Shown here in pieces: positions 39,040 to 52,736 of a DNA stretch of 64,000 nt. Under the pieces are notes generated by a model, which saw only the letters and a program-made list of their open reading frames with translations, searched no databases and was not told the DNA's origin. Location: positions 26,784,001 to 26,848,000 of the forward strand of contig OX597814.1 in NCBI GenBank assembly GCA_951406725.2, read 5' to 3'. Source of the stretch: Octopus vulgaris. Its lineage: Eukaryota. Position 1 is the first letter of the stretch. Each line of letters starts with the position of its first letter. The translations under genes and the position numbers were made by a program.

Positions 39040-39422
39040 TCTAGTCAGCTTCTCTTCAGAGATTTTAGGTTCTATCCCACTGCATGACATTTTGGGTATA
39101 TGTCTCGTACTAAAACCTCATAATTACCAATACCTATTTCTTTATTACCCACAAGGGGCTAAACATAGAGGGGACAAACAAAGACAGACATAGGTATTAA
39201 GTCGATTACATCGACCCCAGTGCGTAACTGTACTTAATTTATCGACCCCAAAAAGATGAAAGGCAAAGTCAACCTCGGCGGAATTTGAACTCACAACATA
39301 ATGGCAGATGAAATACTGCTAAGCATTTCGCCCGACGTGCTAACGTTTCTGCCAGCTCGCCGCATAATTACCAATACCTTGTAAGTGAAATTTGGTAGAC
39401 AGAAAGTGTAAAGAAGCCCATT
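39040..39422 (+). mobile_element. Old SINE family A copy split by a nested SINE
   Basis: GGTTCTATCCCACTGCATGACATTTTGGG... resumes after the insertion as TGTAAGTGAAATTTGGTAGACAGAAAGTGTAAAGAAGCCC. Confidence 0.8.
39136..39362 (-). mobile_element. Young tRNA-derived SINE (family B) with perfect 17-bp TSD
   Basis: TSD CATAATTACCAATACCT at 39119-39135 and 39363-39379; head GCGGCGAGCTGGCAGAAACGTTAG; B-box-like GAGTTCAAATTCC. Confidence 0.93.
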
Positions 39423-40565
39423 GTTTAGATAGCTCATTTTCTTTAAGTAGACTTGATACTACCAGGTAAGCTCCCTGTAAATGACCTAATAACTGAAAGT
39501 GATTGTGGGAGAGGACAAGCCAGGAAAGAGCACTGGAAATCTTTCCTAAAGAAATTCCCCACCATCATATTCTTCAAGTAACTCCCTTGTCAAATATCTA
39601 GATAATCCTTTGAGTTATGCTATGTCTTCTCCCCATTGGCTTTTGTTATTAAGTTCCTGTTTCTATTGCAGTTTGACAAAGATGAAACAGTAGAAAGAGA
39701 TGGTTTCAAAAGTGTTTGTATGTGTCAGCATATAAAACAGAAAGTGACAGGATTAAGAAAGTCAAAATTGGAGCTAGGAACAGAGATAAAGACATGCAAA
39801 ATGAAATGTAGGGAGAAAGAAGTAGACACAGAAAAAAAAATAGGCAGTTAGAAAAAAGCAAAGAGCAAGGAATGATTAGAAAAAAAGATAAGATAACAAT
39901 TTCAACAAGATAGAATGAGAGAAAGAGTAACAGAGTTAGCTAGACAAACAGACAGACGAAGAGAGAAAAGACAGAAAGTAGCTGAGAGTGATAGTAAATA
40001 TAGAAAAGAAAATTTCTTACACAGCTAAAATTTGTAACAATTTTTAATAATCCATCTAAGGAATCTATACCATTTACAGAGATCTCGAAATTCCAGTAGC
40101 ATATCAAAGATGTGTGGGAGATTTCCTTTCTTTTTTTGCATTTCTTTTTTTGCATTTCTTTTTTGTTGGGCATGTTCTGAACGAAATTCTTTACATAATT
40201 TCTGTAACTAAGAAGCAAGTTCTTCACTCACATATTTTTGCTTTTTGATAGTAATCACAAACAGATAATAATCACTTACATTGACATATATGCTTACATA
40301 TGTATGCATATATGTGTACGTTTGTATGCATGCATATGTGTATGTATAATCATCATCATAATCTTGCATTCCCATTTCCAGTTGCTACCCTCTGAGATGG
40401 ATCAGTACCGTGTCTCACTCACAAGTTTCATTTTTTGCATGTCCTCTGCAATTGGATACCCTTCCTTTGCAGCAGTAATCTGAATTTTCAAATCAACCTC
40501 AGGCCAACCAATATCTTGTGGGAGGGATCGGTAGATGGAAAACTGAACATCAAACAGCCATACAT

Positions 40566-40602
<37 letters not shown>

Positions 40603-40608
40603 TATATG

Positions 40609-40669
<61 letters not shown>

Positions 40670-42579
40670 CACTCACACACACACACACATACATATATAT
40701 TGATGAAGATCTTGCCAGAGTTGATAAAACAAGTACAAGATATTCACTGGGGTTTATGCCATTTACCATATCTCTCTCAAACAGTTTTGTAGCCTTGTGC
40801 CAGTGTTATAAATTATTATTGGTGGTGGTGGTGGTGGTGGTGGTGGTGGTGGTGGTGTTGCTGCTGTTGCTCTTGTTTTTGTTTTTGTTGTCATCATTGT
40901 TGTTGTTATCATTATTACTGCATGCAATGGGGAACTGGATTAGATTGTTTATGATATCAAGTTAAGATCCTTTCACTTTAGAATTCAAGATCTGCCAGGA
41001 TCAACTTTGCATTCCATTCCTATGGGATCAATAAAGTGAGTTCTAAAAGTGTTGTTGTGATTCAGTTCCATTAAATCAACCTCTCTCTGCTACCAAAGAG
41101 AAAAACAATTTAACATTATTGTTATTATTGCTGAAATGATGTGGATTTTTGGAATGGAGTGAAATATGCTGTGCATTCTTCTTGGGGTAAAAACAAATAC
41201 CAGTAATACCCCAGAGTCAGATTGGATTCATATGTTTTAATTATAGAAACTTATTCTTTAGAAATTTATTGTTTCAGCTACGTTGATTTTCCTTTAGATA
41301 TTGTTTTTTATTTCTGCCTTTCATACTTTCAAGATTGATAAAATATATTACTGCCAAGGATAGTGAATTAGCAGAATTGTTAGCATGTCAAGCAGGATGC
41401 TTTAGAATTTTGGCTCCCTATAAATTCTTGGGTTGTAGATTTAAGCTGCTGTCTGGTTTAATACCTCCACCTGGTCCTTGGATATATTTAGCGGAGTTCA
41501 TTCTGTTGTTAGCTTCCAAACTAGGTCTCCTGTTTGAGGATATCTTCCTTCCTTTATTTGTCCTGGATGCTCTGAATAAAAATAAAGATCATGTTGCTAC
41601 CCTTCTCTCCCTAATCAAATGATTAATAAAAGTCAACCTCCTTTGAGAAAACATATGATAAAAGATATTGGTACACTGACTATGCCTGCCTTTATCTGAG
41701 ACACAGTTCATCATAGTCTCTCCATTATCTTATGTGCCCTTCATTATTTTAGGAGACTGTCTTTCCATTTCTAGCATGGTGAGTGATCACATGAATATCT
41801 GTTCATTGGCATGTACCTTATTTTGATGTCATTGCTGATACTGTTGGCAGAGTTGTTGCTGACTAATCTCTGCCCAGCAGCTTCTTAACAGTATAAAAAG
41901 TAGATGACTGAACATCTAAAACTGTGATATTAATTATCATTGATGTTGTTGGTGTTTTTAAGGGTGTTTTTAGTTTTCACTTAGTGGTTATCTCAGCATT
42001 GTAAGTATTCTAAGTAAAATATCTTTAAATCATTCTTTTTTTCAAATTCCAAAATACATACAAAATAATTTAACAAAAACAGAAGCCTTATTTCAAACTA
42101 TAATTAAAATTCATTCGTTCATTGAATTATTCTTTCTTTTATTTTCCTTTTTATATTTTATTTATTTATCTAATTTTTTTTTGCGCTTTTCATTATTTCT
42201 CTGCTGACAAATGCTGTCTCTGTTCCAAATATTTCTTCCTTAAATTAGCTTATTTAAATCCCCAAATCTTTTTGCTAACTACCATTCTTCTGAACAAACC
42301 ACTTCACTCCTTCCTTTTACAAATAATCAACTGTCCTATTGTCATTATCATCATCATCGTCATCATCATCATTATCAACATCATCATCATCATCATTTGT
42401 CTCTTCAAACTTCCATTCATTATATGCTTCATTCTCTGTGATTCATTTCAAAGATACTTGTGTACTCTGTCTCTATCTTTGGCAAGAATTAAATCTCTCG
42501 TCAAAGGTGCTTAGCTTCAAGAAAGCTAGAGAGATTATCTGAACTAACAGGATTTCACAGGCATCAACTGACCGTACTG

Positions 42580-42650
42580 TCATCTGTAATCATATTCGTT
42601 CTGATAATGATGTGAATCACACAAAAACACAAAGGCATCCCGGCAAAACT
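42580..42650 (-). CDS. Candidate alternative terminal exon, phase 1: (E)FCRDAFVFLCDSHHYQNEYDYR*
   Basis: Acceptor TATTATTCTTAG|; locally CpG-containing non-repeat sequence; donor-like ACG|GTCAGT 7 nt after the stop. Confidence 0.3.
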
Positions 42651-43574
42651 CTAAGAATAATATTGTTTTCCAGTTGTTCATATTCAGCTTAGACACTCTT
42701 CATTCTTTTATTTATTCTTTATTTTTATTCCTTAGTGTCACATATGAGTAAACAAAGAAATTTGTTGTGAATCAGAAAAATAATCTTGCAAAAGATTTTG
42801 TATAAGTTACAATAATATGGTTCCAGTGAAAGGCTAAGGAAGGAGACAAACCACAACTTTAGAAACAAATCACCAGTTCGTAATACAAGAAATTTACATA
42901 TGATTTTATGATAGATGCAGAGGCTTTGAGGCCATTACTATTATATTAAAAATATGTTTTTACTGCAATAAGAGAAAAGAAAGAATATTAAAATAGAATT
43001 GATTTATTGTAAAACAAATTAATTGATATTACTTTGTTTTATGTTTTTTATCCACTTATTGTTACCAACTCATCCATCATTGAAATTCCTCCTACATTAA
43101 AAGTAAATAACTGTAAGTAAAGTTTGATATGTAATTCATATGATGATTTAATATACACTTCACAAATAATGCATCATTGGCAGACATTCCATGCAATAGT
43201 AGCTTAAATATGGTGCCAAAGAAATTAAGCAGCAACATTGTAGACAAGAAAAAAAGAGAAATGTAAAACACAGTACGACAAAGAAAAAAAATCTAATTTG
43301 TAATAATAATTTTATCTATAGCAATTCAATAACAGGATAAATTGTAACATAAATTAAATTATCTTCGTGTTTGTATTCTTTACCAAACATCTAAGTAGCA
43401 TGCATCTTTCATTCTCTTTTGTTATATCTATAAGAAAAAGAGAAAGAGATTCATACATATAAACACATATGTATACATAAATATTTTATATACACATATC
43501 TATGCACACACACGCACACATGCTAAAATATATGTATGTATGGATGGATGGATGTAGCTCTAGTGATAAACTAT

Positions 43575-43790
43575 CAGATGTCCTTGTACAGTGCTGGTTA
43601 CGATGCACTTCTATTCATTCCTTGATTGCCCCTTTCACTTGCATTTGGGCCTGCATTCTTTGACTATGTCATCCTCTTGTAGGTCTTCTGAGTGATTTCT
43701 TCCAATCTGTGAGCCTTATGATATATTCAGCCTAGTATAACCTACACTTTTGGTATTCTGTGATCACATGATATAGTCACATCGAGATTA
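43575..43790 (-). mobile_element. Decayed RTE-like LINE ORF C-terminus
   Basis: WKKSLRRPTRG / DDIVKEC...SRNE*K resembles the RxxGRPxxRWxDDI...RxxW terminus. Confidence 0.45.
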
Positions 43791-44985
43791 GTGTGTCTAT
43801 TGCTATATAACAGTAGATGCAATAACCTTTATTAAAGGGGGAGTGTGAAAGCACATAAGAAAGGTGTGGTTTAGATAATGCAAGGGATGTGTGGATGATG
43901 TTATGACTGATTAAGGCTGATAGCATTCAAACAGAAAGGAGGAGGAGGGGGAGAAGGCATACAGGAAAAATACCTGAGCATTGTCTAACTAAATATAATA
44001 CAATCAAATAAAGCAAAAAATTCAGAGACAGACTTAAATTCTTTTGCCAATATTAAAAAAAAGAAAAGAAAACAAGCTGAAACTAAGAGTTTACTCAGTT
44101 TTTTACTCTTCCACAGAATACCTTTGAACAGTACTTAGTTACTAGAAAGCCTTTTGCACAAAATGCATGTTATAAAGAAAATCTTTAAAAATCCAGTGAA
44201 TACTTTGGTACTTTATGAATTTCCAAGAGATCAAGTGACTTCAAAGAAATTCCCTGGAAATTCCTTCCTTGAAATTTTAGTATAATTAGTCTATAGGTAG
44301 AATAAAATTCAAGATAATCTTGTTTTGGAGATGGCATTTAGAAACTAGTTAATTTCTTTATTCCGACAAGCTGATGAGAAACATCAAAAATAAGAACGTT
44401 TCACAGCAGCAACAAACAGAATGATCCAAATACTCCGGAATATGGTTCGGTAAATTCATAAGATAGACTTGTTTTGGTAATGGCATTTTGAAATTAGCTA
44501 TTTTATTGAATCCTTCTTGTTGGGAGGAGATATCAACATGAATTTTTCACTTGCACTTAAATAACATGAATGAGATCATCTAGAATAAAGTTTGGCAAAT
44601 TCCACAAATGATCACACTTTAGTAAACTTTATGATACTAACATCTTTAAATTGCCATATACTGTGAGAAAGAGTGGTATGTTTTCTATTTTCTGGAAGTC
44701 TGAAAGAACATTTGTACTGTATCTCTACACTACTATTTAACATGACCCAAGAGTATGAAAAGTAGTTAACAACTAAGTAAATATTTGAGATTTGAAATAA
44801 ATAGTAATAAGCAAACATTTGTGTAAATATATATATATCTATGTGTGTGTATACTTTTATATGTATATGTATGTATATATATATATGTGTGTGTGTATAT
44901 GTGTGTGTGCATACATATATATGTATGTTCATATACATCTATATGTATAAACATACTTATTTATATGTGTATATATATATATATG

Positions 44986-45020
<35 letters not shown>

Positions 45021-45474
45021 GTATATGTAATATATATATTTATGTATATATACATATATGGCGAGATGGTATGAGAGCAGTTGCTATGGCATGGAAGTAG
45101 ATCTGGCCACCCCTGTTAACGGGGACAAAACCCAGTTTTAAAACACTGGATGATGACAATATATATGTATATATACATATATATGTGTATATGTATATAT
45201 GTATGAATATATACATATGTGTGCGTGTATATGTATATATATATGTGTGCGTGTATATGTATATATATGTGTGCATGTATACATATATATATATGTGTGT
45301 GTATATATGTATATATACATATGCATAAACATAATATAATGTATATGTGTATGTATGTATTTCTCCTTAATTTCATTGTACATGAATATTTATATAATGA
45401 TACTTGCACATGAATGTGTGTGTATATATATATCTACGTATGTGTATCTGTGTGTGTGTGTGTATATGTGTATT

Positions 45475-45507
<33 letters not shown>

Positions 45508-46205
45508 GCATAAATACATCTATATAAATATATCACTGTATCTCTTCCTATGATGACATCACTACTCATTTAGATTTGTATGCACAATGTCCATGTTGTA
45601 TTATTCTAACAGCATATTTCTCCAAAACAAACATTCATTCTCAGAAAATTTTGCAGATGTTGCAAGATCCTATTGATAAGTTAAATTTTAAAACTATCAA
45701 CTGTAGTTCATTGCACTACTGCATACCTCCAGCCCAATCTTCACACACGTGCTCACATACAAAAATACACACATGTCCACAGAAAAAGAAAGAAAATCAT
45801 ATTTGAAGAAGTTGTTTGAAATAACTTTTGTTAAATTTTCTGCATTTTTATTCAAAATGTGTTTTGTGTTTGACAGATGACCTTTACAAATACTTTTTGC
45901 AATTAATAATGCTTGCAACATAACATACAAACAGCCTATGGGAATATCCCATAATTCTTTTAACAAAATTGATTTTTTTTTTCTCTTTTTTTCTTATGTG
46001 TATGTTTATGAATTTACTTTTTATTTTATTCTATTTATTTTTAATTATTTTTTTTTTGTTTTGGACAGAACATACAAATTTATTTTTTGTTGCTTGTTGT
46101 ATTTTTTATGTTTTTATTTCTGGTTCAGCAATTTCTCATAACAGTTTTGTATAATGAACCAAAATGGTACACATGTTTTTTCTCTGATATCTCTCATATG
46201 TTATG

Positions 46206-46366
46206 CTATCTAAACTCTTGTAAATAAGACTCACTGGAAATATAGCAATATTGATGGAATATTTTTGCAGCAATCTGACTGATATGTTCCAATTCCACAC
46301 ACAGAGAAATTATTACCTTGCAGTGAGAGTTATTGCCAATGTTTAATATTTCACTGAGGCAATAAA
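46206..46366 (-). CDS. Candidate alternative exon, phase 1: (V)YCLSEILNIGNNSHCK[VIISLC...QEFR*]
   Basis: Acceptor TTTGCATATTTCAG|; 52 open codons; internal donor AAG|GTAATA near 46317. Confidence 0.28.
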
Positions 46367-46894
46367 CTGAAATATGCAAATGTATATGAAGAAAATTTAC
46401 AAAAACAAATGAATATATATATACATGCATACATACATATATTTACATATATGGAATAAAATGAATAGGCAAAACTAATTTTGTAAAACATATCATTATA
46501 TTATATGCGATGCATTAATACTGAAATTGGTTGCACTGATAGCTTTAATTTTAAGCTCATAGCTACTTACATAGAGAAAATTGGAGGGAAACTATCAAAA
46601 TATTAATAACATTAATATTTATAAGGGATATGTAAACAACCACATATACATACATACAAACATAATAATAAAAGTAATAATATTTTTCATAATAATAATA
46701 ATAATAATAATAATAGTAATAATAATAATAATTTCTTGTATTTGCCACAAGAGTAATGGATGAGTGTACATTACAAGGACAAATTACAAAAACAGAAAGG
46801 GTGTACATTACAATGTTGGAATTTATAAACTCACATAATACAATAGCAATATTATATTAATAAAGACAGTGATAAAATATTAAGATGGTGGTAA

Positions 46895-47004
46895 CATACA
46901 TACATACATACATACATGCATGCATGCATGCATACATACATACATACATGCATACATACATACATACATACATACATACATACATACATACATACATACA
47001 TACA

Positions 47005-47033
<29 letters not shown>
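46895..47033. repeat. (TACA)n microsatellite
   Basis: Seen directly. Confidence 0.97.
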
Positions 47034-47035
<2 letters not shown>

Positions 47036-47297
47036 GGTGAAAAACACCTTGGAATAGTGAAGAAGGAAAAGGTGGATGGATATAGGATTAGGATTTGCAG
47101 ATCGTGACAAAATGGTAAAATGTGTGCACTTATTAGCTGATTTTTTGTATATGAGAACCAAGTTACAAGTAGGAGCTGTATTTGCCAATGTAAAAACACT
47201 GCAGGGATTTATTATCAGCAAACATAATTCCACCATTATGTGAGATACGGGATGGCAAATTAGAAGAGGTTACAGTAAACAGCTGCAGGAACAACTA

Positions 47298-47341
<44 letters not shown>

Positions 47342-47592
47342 ACACAAAAGCAGTCATAGTGAGAGGGATCAGCAACAACAGTGGTAGCAAGAATAGTAGT
47401 GATAGTAACAGTGGTAACAGGAGGTTGTTTCAACACCAAAAATAACAATAAAAATATTAAGTAGTTTTATTATTAAACGTAGCAAAGATTATGAGAGGTA
47501 CGACAGGGATGATGCCAACAACCACAACAATTAAATTAGAAGGGAAAATAAAAACACAAAAGTCACAACAGTTAAAGTAGGAAGAACAGGAC

Positions 47593-47624
<32 letters not shown>

Positions 47625-47654
47625 ACGTACGTATGTATGTATGCATGCATGTAT

Positions 47655-47830
47655 GTAGGTGTGCCAAACACTAAGGTAGTGAACTGACAATGTTATTGGA
47701 GTATCGGATTAGATGCCTTGCAGTAATTGTTCCAACTCACCACACTCTGAGTTCAATTCCTGCCAAGGTCAACTTTGCCTTTCATCTTTTCAGGGTCGTT
47801 AAATGAAGTACTAATCAAGAACTGAGGTCT
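47655..47830 (+). mobile_element. Degenerate SINE family B
   Basis: CTGAGTTCAATTCCTGCCAAGGTCAACTTTGCCTTTCATCTTTTCAGGGTCG. Confidence 0.75.
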
Positions 47831-49593
47831 ATTTTTCTTTCTCTGAGCCATGGGAAACCACTCTTGGTGTGATATTGTATTGTTCAGTTTAGTGCATTGT
47901 GGTATAGTAAGCTGTAGTGCATTAGAGTATGGTGTGGTGTAGCATATTAAAGGATAGAGCGATATTGTGAGGTGGTGTGTGGGCAATATTTTGGTACAAT
48001 AATTTGAAGATATCACATGTAAATACACTGTAAGAATTCTGTTGAAATGAAACTAAAAAGGTTCTGAAGCATAGGAAGACAATAATGAATCAAGCAGTTT
48101 TCTAGACATTTCAGTTACTTAATTTATTAATCAGTTATTTAACTTATTAATCTATGGTCAGGTATGGTGAATCAATATTGAATTCCCTAATTTATTATTG
48201 CAGAAACACAGCGGATAATTTACAGAGTAGTTACCATATTAATTGATTAATAGTGGCCTTGTTTGATGCCACCCTTCATTTCTATATCTACTGATAACAA
48301 ATCCAAATCCATTTGCCCAAGTACCAAACTTATAATTGACCTTCAGCTTGTTTGCCATGTTTGTTGATGTTACATAACATACTGACAGCATAAATACAAT
48401 TAAACATATGTAATTAGGTAGATTTGTTTACCAAGTAGCTTGGCTTCTTCCTAATATTAGCTTTGATGGAAGAGATGAGACAGTGTTTAGTGATGTATAT
48501 TTATTTCATTTATTTTATGTATTTTTCAAACAGTTTGGAAGAGTGAGAAATGAAATAAAATAGCTATACATGGTACTTGTGCAAAATACAGCCTTTGTCA
48601 GAAAGCAAGGCTGCATTTTGTACATAGCATAGTAAAAAAATCTACCTGCAGCACAGGTAGTAAAAGGAATTATATATTTTGTAATGTATCCATTAAAACG
48701 TTTCCATAAAGAGAAAGAGCAAGAGAGGGAGAGAAAAAGAGACTCTTTTGTATATTTGAATAATAAGTGCTAAATAAATTGAATACAATTTTCATACTTG
48801 GTTGGCTGAAAATGTACTGCAGTACACATATGCATGCACACGTATATACATTAAGAGCATACAATGGTATGACACTGATTTAGTTCTCAATCTTAATGCA
48901 AGTTTAGCTTCCATGAGCTAATTCATTTATGAGTATGTGTATTTGTGTGTGTATATATATAAAACCAGCTGAAACTGCAAAGATGATCTGGAACTTGATT
49001 GAGGATAGGAAGCTTCAAATGACCCTTCCTTGTTTTTTCCTGTTCCCTTTTGTATCAAATAACTGTCCGGATGTTTTGTTGTTGCCTGTTACATTCCTGT
49101 TCCATTTTTTGTTTTCTTTTATATATATGTGCGTGTGTGTGTGTGTGTGTGTGTGTAATCATTGGTTGGATGACTTTTCTGCAGCAATGCTTTATGGCCG
49201 GATACCCCTTCAGTTGCTAATTCTTAGATACCTTAGCTACCCCTTACAAAACACACACATCATACATTCATATAAAGATACATATATATATTCACAAGTT
49301 ATCTTCCCAGCACCCACACATCCCACCACCCGTTATCACCCCAATGCAGGCCCCTTTCTCACGTGCTTATCTGTACACTCTTTATATCTTCATATATTTA
49401 CCATATCCCACCTCCCAGCCGCTCCAATTTTTCTCATCATCAGTTGCTACAGTTACCTCTTCCCCAGCTCTAAACATCTCCCCTCACACTCTTATGGAAC
49501 CTCCCCCTCTTTCCCCTCTTTACTACTGATACTCCCCCCACTGTTCCCTGTGAGTAGGCCCCAATACATCTCCAACATCATCTATTTCTTTCT

Positions 49594-49628
<35 letters not shown>

Positions 49629-49789
49629 TATATATATATATATATTTATTCACACTCTCTCTCTTGCACTCTGATTGTCTCTCTATCTTTCTCTCTTATT
49701 CTGTGTTTTCTTCCTACCCTTTCTTTCCCTGCTGGAGTAGCTAAGTATCTCCTCTATAGTAAGACATCTATCTCTATCCTTTTATTGTA

Positions 49790-50090
49790 CTCTAACCTCT
49801 TACCTGGCACACAGCCACCTCTTTTAGTTCCACTCCTCCTCCCAGCTGGGAGGGTTTTGTCTTGCAAGTTATTTGGCAACCCTGATGGTGTTGGTGCCAC
49901 ATAAAAAGCACACAGTACATTTTGTAAAATGGCTGGTAGTAGGAAGGGCATCCTGCTGTAGAAACCTTGCTAAAATAAACTATGGAGTCTGGTGCAGCTC
50001 TCCAGCTTGCCAGTTCTTGTCAAACGGTCCAGCCAAACTGTCCAGCCTACGACAGCATAGAAGATGGACATTAAAAGATGATGATGACAT
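49790..50090 (+). mobile_element. RTE LINE 3' UTR with (GAT)n tail
   Basis: GGTGCCACATAAAAAGCAC...AGGAAGGGCATCC...GGACATTAAAAGATGATGATG, as at 11405-11746. Confidence 0.75.
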
Positions 50091-50204
50091 TGGAGATATG
50101 TATGAGAAACTTAAGCATCAAAACACCTCAATTATCTCTCAAATTATGTGTATGTATATATGTATGTATATAGTGTGTGTGTGTGTGTGTGTGTATGTAT
50201 GTGT

Positions 50205-50570
50205 GTAACCATGTGAATCTGTGGGTTTACATCAGAGTGTCCCTCTCCTAGAAGGATACAATGTCAACAGCTAGGGGCTCTAAACTCTCAGTGATTTTAC
50301 ACACCCTAACACCAACCAAGGGTATCTCTGTGTCCTTGCACTCAAGTGGATTGCCATCACATGTGTTAATCCATAGCTGGGATCCTGACAGGTGCTACTT
50401 CTCCATGTCAGATTATACCTGGGAATAATAGTGCCTGAGAGGTACTTCCACACTCAACAGGGCTGAATAGTCATCTGAGAAGTCATGGGTGGAAATTCGG
50501 AAGTGCCATTGCCAACAAGGAAGCACACGAAGATTGTAATTAACTGTGAAGATGGAACAGTCACCATGTA
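50205..50570 (+). mobile_element. Short RTE-derived element (3' C2H2 remnant; 5' part RTE-5'UTR-like)
   Basis: STGLNSHLRSH at about 50455-50487, then a 3' UTR and simple-repeat tail. Confidence 0.55.
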
Positions 50571-50589
50571 TAAATGTATAATCATCTTT

Positions 50590-51000
50590 ATCATCACTAT
50601 TTTAACACCAACTTTTCCATGCTAACATGGTTTAGACAGAGTTTACTGAAACAGATTTTCTACAACCAGATGCCCTTTCTGTTACTAACCTCCACCTGTT
50701 TACATGCAAGGTAGTATTTTCCCATGGGAAGGCATGTTCTCATGGAATACTAGACACAAATTACACTGCTTGTATAACAGTGACGCTCATATACAACTAT
50801 TACACAGTGAGCACAAACATATACTCACACTCACACATGTACAACAGGCTTCTTCTAGTATCCATGTACCAAATCCATTCACAAGACTTTGGTCAGCCCA
50901 CAGCTATAGTAGAGGTCAGTTGTATGAGGTGCCATGCAGTGGAACTGCACCCAAAAACATTGTGGCTAAGAAGCAAACTTCTTAATCACCCAGTCATGAT
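50590..51000 (-). mobile_element. Degenerate SINE family A
   Basis: TACCAAATCCATTCACAAGACTTTGGTCAGCCCACAGCTATAGTAGA...GTGCCATGCAGTGGAACTG. Confidence 0.8.
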
Positions 51001-52468
51001 TACAATTCTTAGAGAAACAAGGAAGTAGTTGCACCAGTGTGCATGTATTGGTGAGTTAACAAAGGAATGTGGAATCTACTCTGTTCCAATCTCAATTATG
51101 CTAGCAAGGAAAAGCTAAGTAAAGCTGGTACTGCTGGAGTGGGAGTGAGGATGGCAATAGTGACAGCAGCAGTGGTAGCAGCAGTGATGATAGCATCAAA
51201 GGCAGCATCAGAGGCAGAAGCAGTGGGAGCGTCATGATGATGATAAGGATGATGATGTTGGTGAGGGTGAGGGTGCCGGTTTTGATGTATGTCTATTTGG
51301 AGCCTCTCAGAATAGTCTATAGGAAATTTACTTGCATGAGATTGTTCCTAGTGGATGGAAACAAGAACAAGGAGAAGAGCACGTATACTTAACCTGCTTA
51401 TTACATCACTATGAATTTATTCAGTCTCTAGTTATTGATGGCTTCTAAAACATATTTGTAAAGATTCTCCAACGTACAGAGGAATCCATCATAGTTGAAT
51501 GCCAGTTTGAATCATCACACCTAAGCTACTGACTCAGCAAAGTCATCTTCAACTCAGCTTTACTAACATGAAAGTAAAAAAGAAAAGCTGTGTTTACCAT
51601 TACAAAGCTCGGATTTAACTAAGTTCTTTTGACTCTTTCTTAGTTTAATTCTTTGACATTTTATTTATGTATGTTACTTTTGCTTTGTATCTTATGTGTG
51701 TGTGTGTGAAAATTGAGTGTGTATGTATATATAAATGCATAAGAGAGTGAAATAGAGAGAGCAGTGTATAAACGGGTATTGCAGATATGTGAGAGAAACA
51801 GCAAAAAGAGAGAACAATTTGGTCATTGGTTATATTATTAGCCACCCAAAGACACATATTTTTCTATTTTGCAAAAAGCTTTTGTTATATTTTCAAGGTG
51901 CAGAGTAGGTGAGTGAGTGTGAAATTAAAGACTATGACATGACAAAAACAATAATTGAGATTCATATATACATATGTAATATATAAGAATGCATGGAACA
52001 TCTACTCAAATATTATCAACATACACAGGAGTCTGTATACATGTTAAACCACTGAGCAGTGGGACTTGTTTAAATAGAGCATAAATAAATGTCACCACTG
52101 CCCAAACAGAATCAATGAACACATGGAGACAAACACACAGATGTGCACACACACACACACACACACACATTTCTGAATGTGTGGTGTATATGTGTGTGTG
52201 TATGTGTGTGTATGTATGTGTGGAATGTTTAAATTCCACATGTTCTTGCATGGTACCACTTGAGCAAAATGATGATGTCATTTGATGTAAACAGTATAAC
52301 CTGCAGCTCTGTAGTTATGAAGACCAGTGGAATGAAAAAAATCCCTTACTTGAAAAATAGATAAGGTTTGGCAACAAGAAAGCTTCCGACTGTAAAATAG
52401 TGGCTTAGTATATCTTCATCTATCCTATTCCAGCATGAAACGGAATGTAAAATATATGGATGAACAAA

Positions 52469-52509
<41 letters not shown>

Positions 52510-52511
52510 GG

Positions 52512-52672
52512 TGAACACCTTTCTCCATGTAATCTGCTTGAAAAATTGTTAAGGCTCTAGGATATTTTCCTACTTTTCTTAACATGCAAACAATGATAGC
52601 CTTAATTCACAAACAAAGAAATTATATCCACCAATGCAGTGTTGAGCAGTCATTTTTCATCATTTAACATTT
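52512..52672 (+). repeat. Unclassified dispersed repeat, copy 2
   Basis: Aligns with 31680-31850; flanked by (TA)n. Confidence 0.8.
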
Positions 52673-52690
52673 ATATACATATATGTATGT

Positions 52691-52736
<46 letters not shown>

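Noticed and set aside
44828-45530. Overlapping His/Thr/Tyr/Ile- or Cys/Val-rich ORFs here and throughout the track
   Set aside because: Translations of (TA)/(CA)/(TG)/(TACA)n microsatellites.
47163-47282. Terminal exon candidate LFTVTSSNLPSR...YL*
   Set aside because: Only a short pyrimidine tract abutting a (CTA)n microsatellite and ambiguous phase; chance not excluded.
48929-49744. Longest ORF (271 aa) as a gene
   Set aside because: Runs through (GT)n, (CT)n, (CA)n and (TA)n repeats and pyrimidine-rich sequence that is naturally stop-poor; no domain motif.
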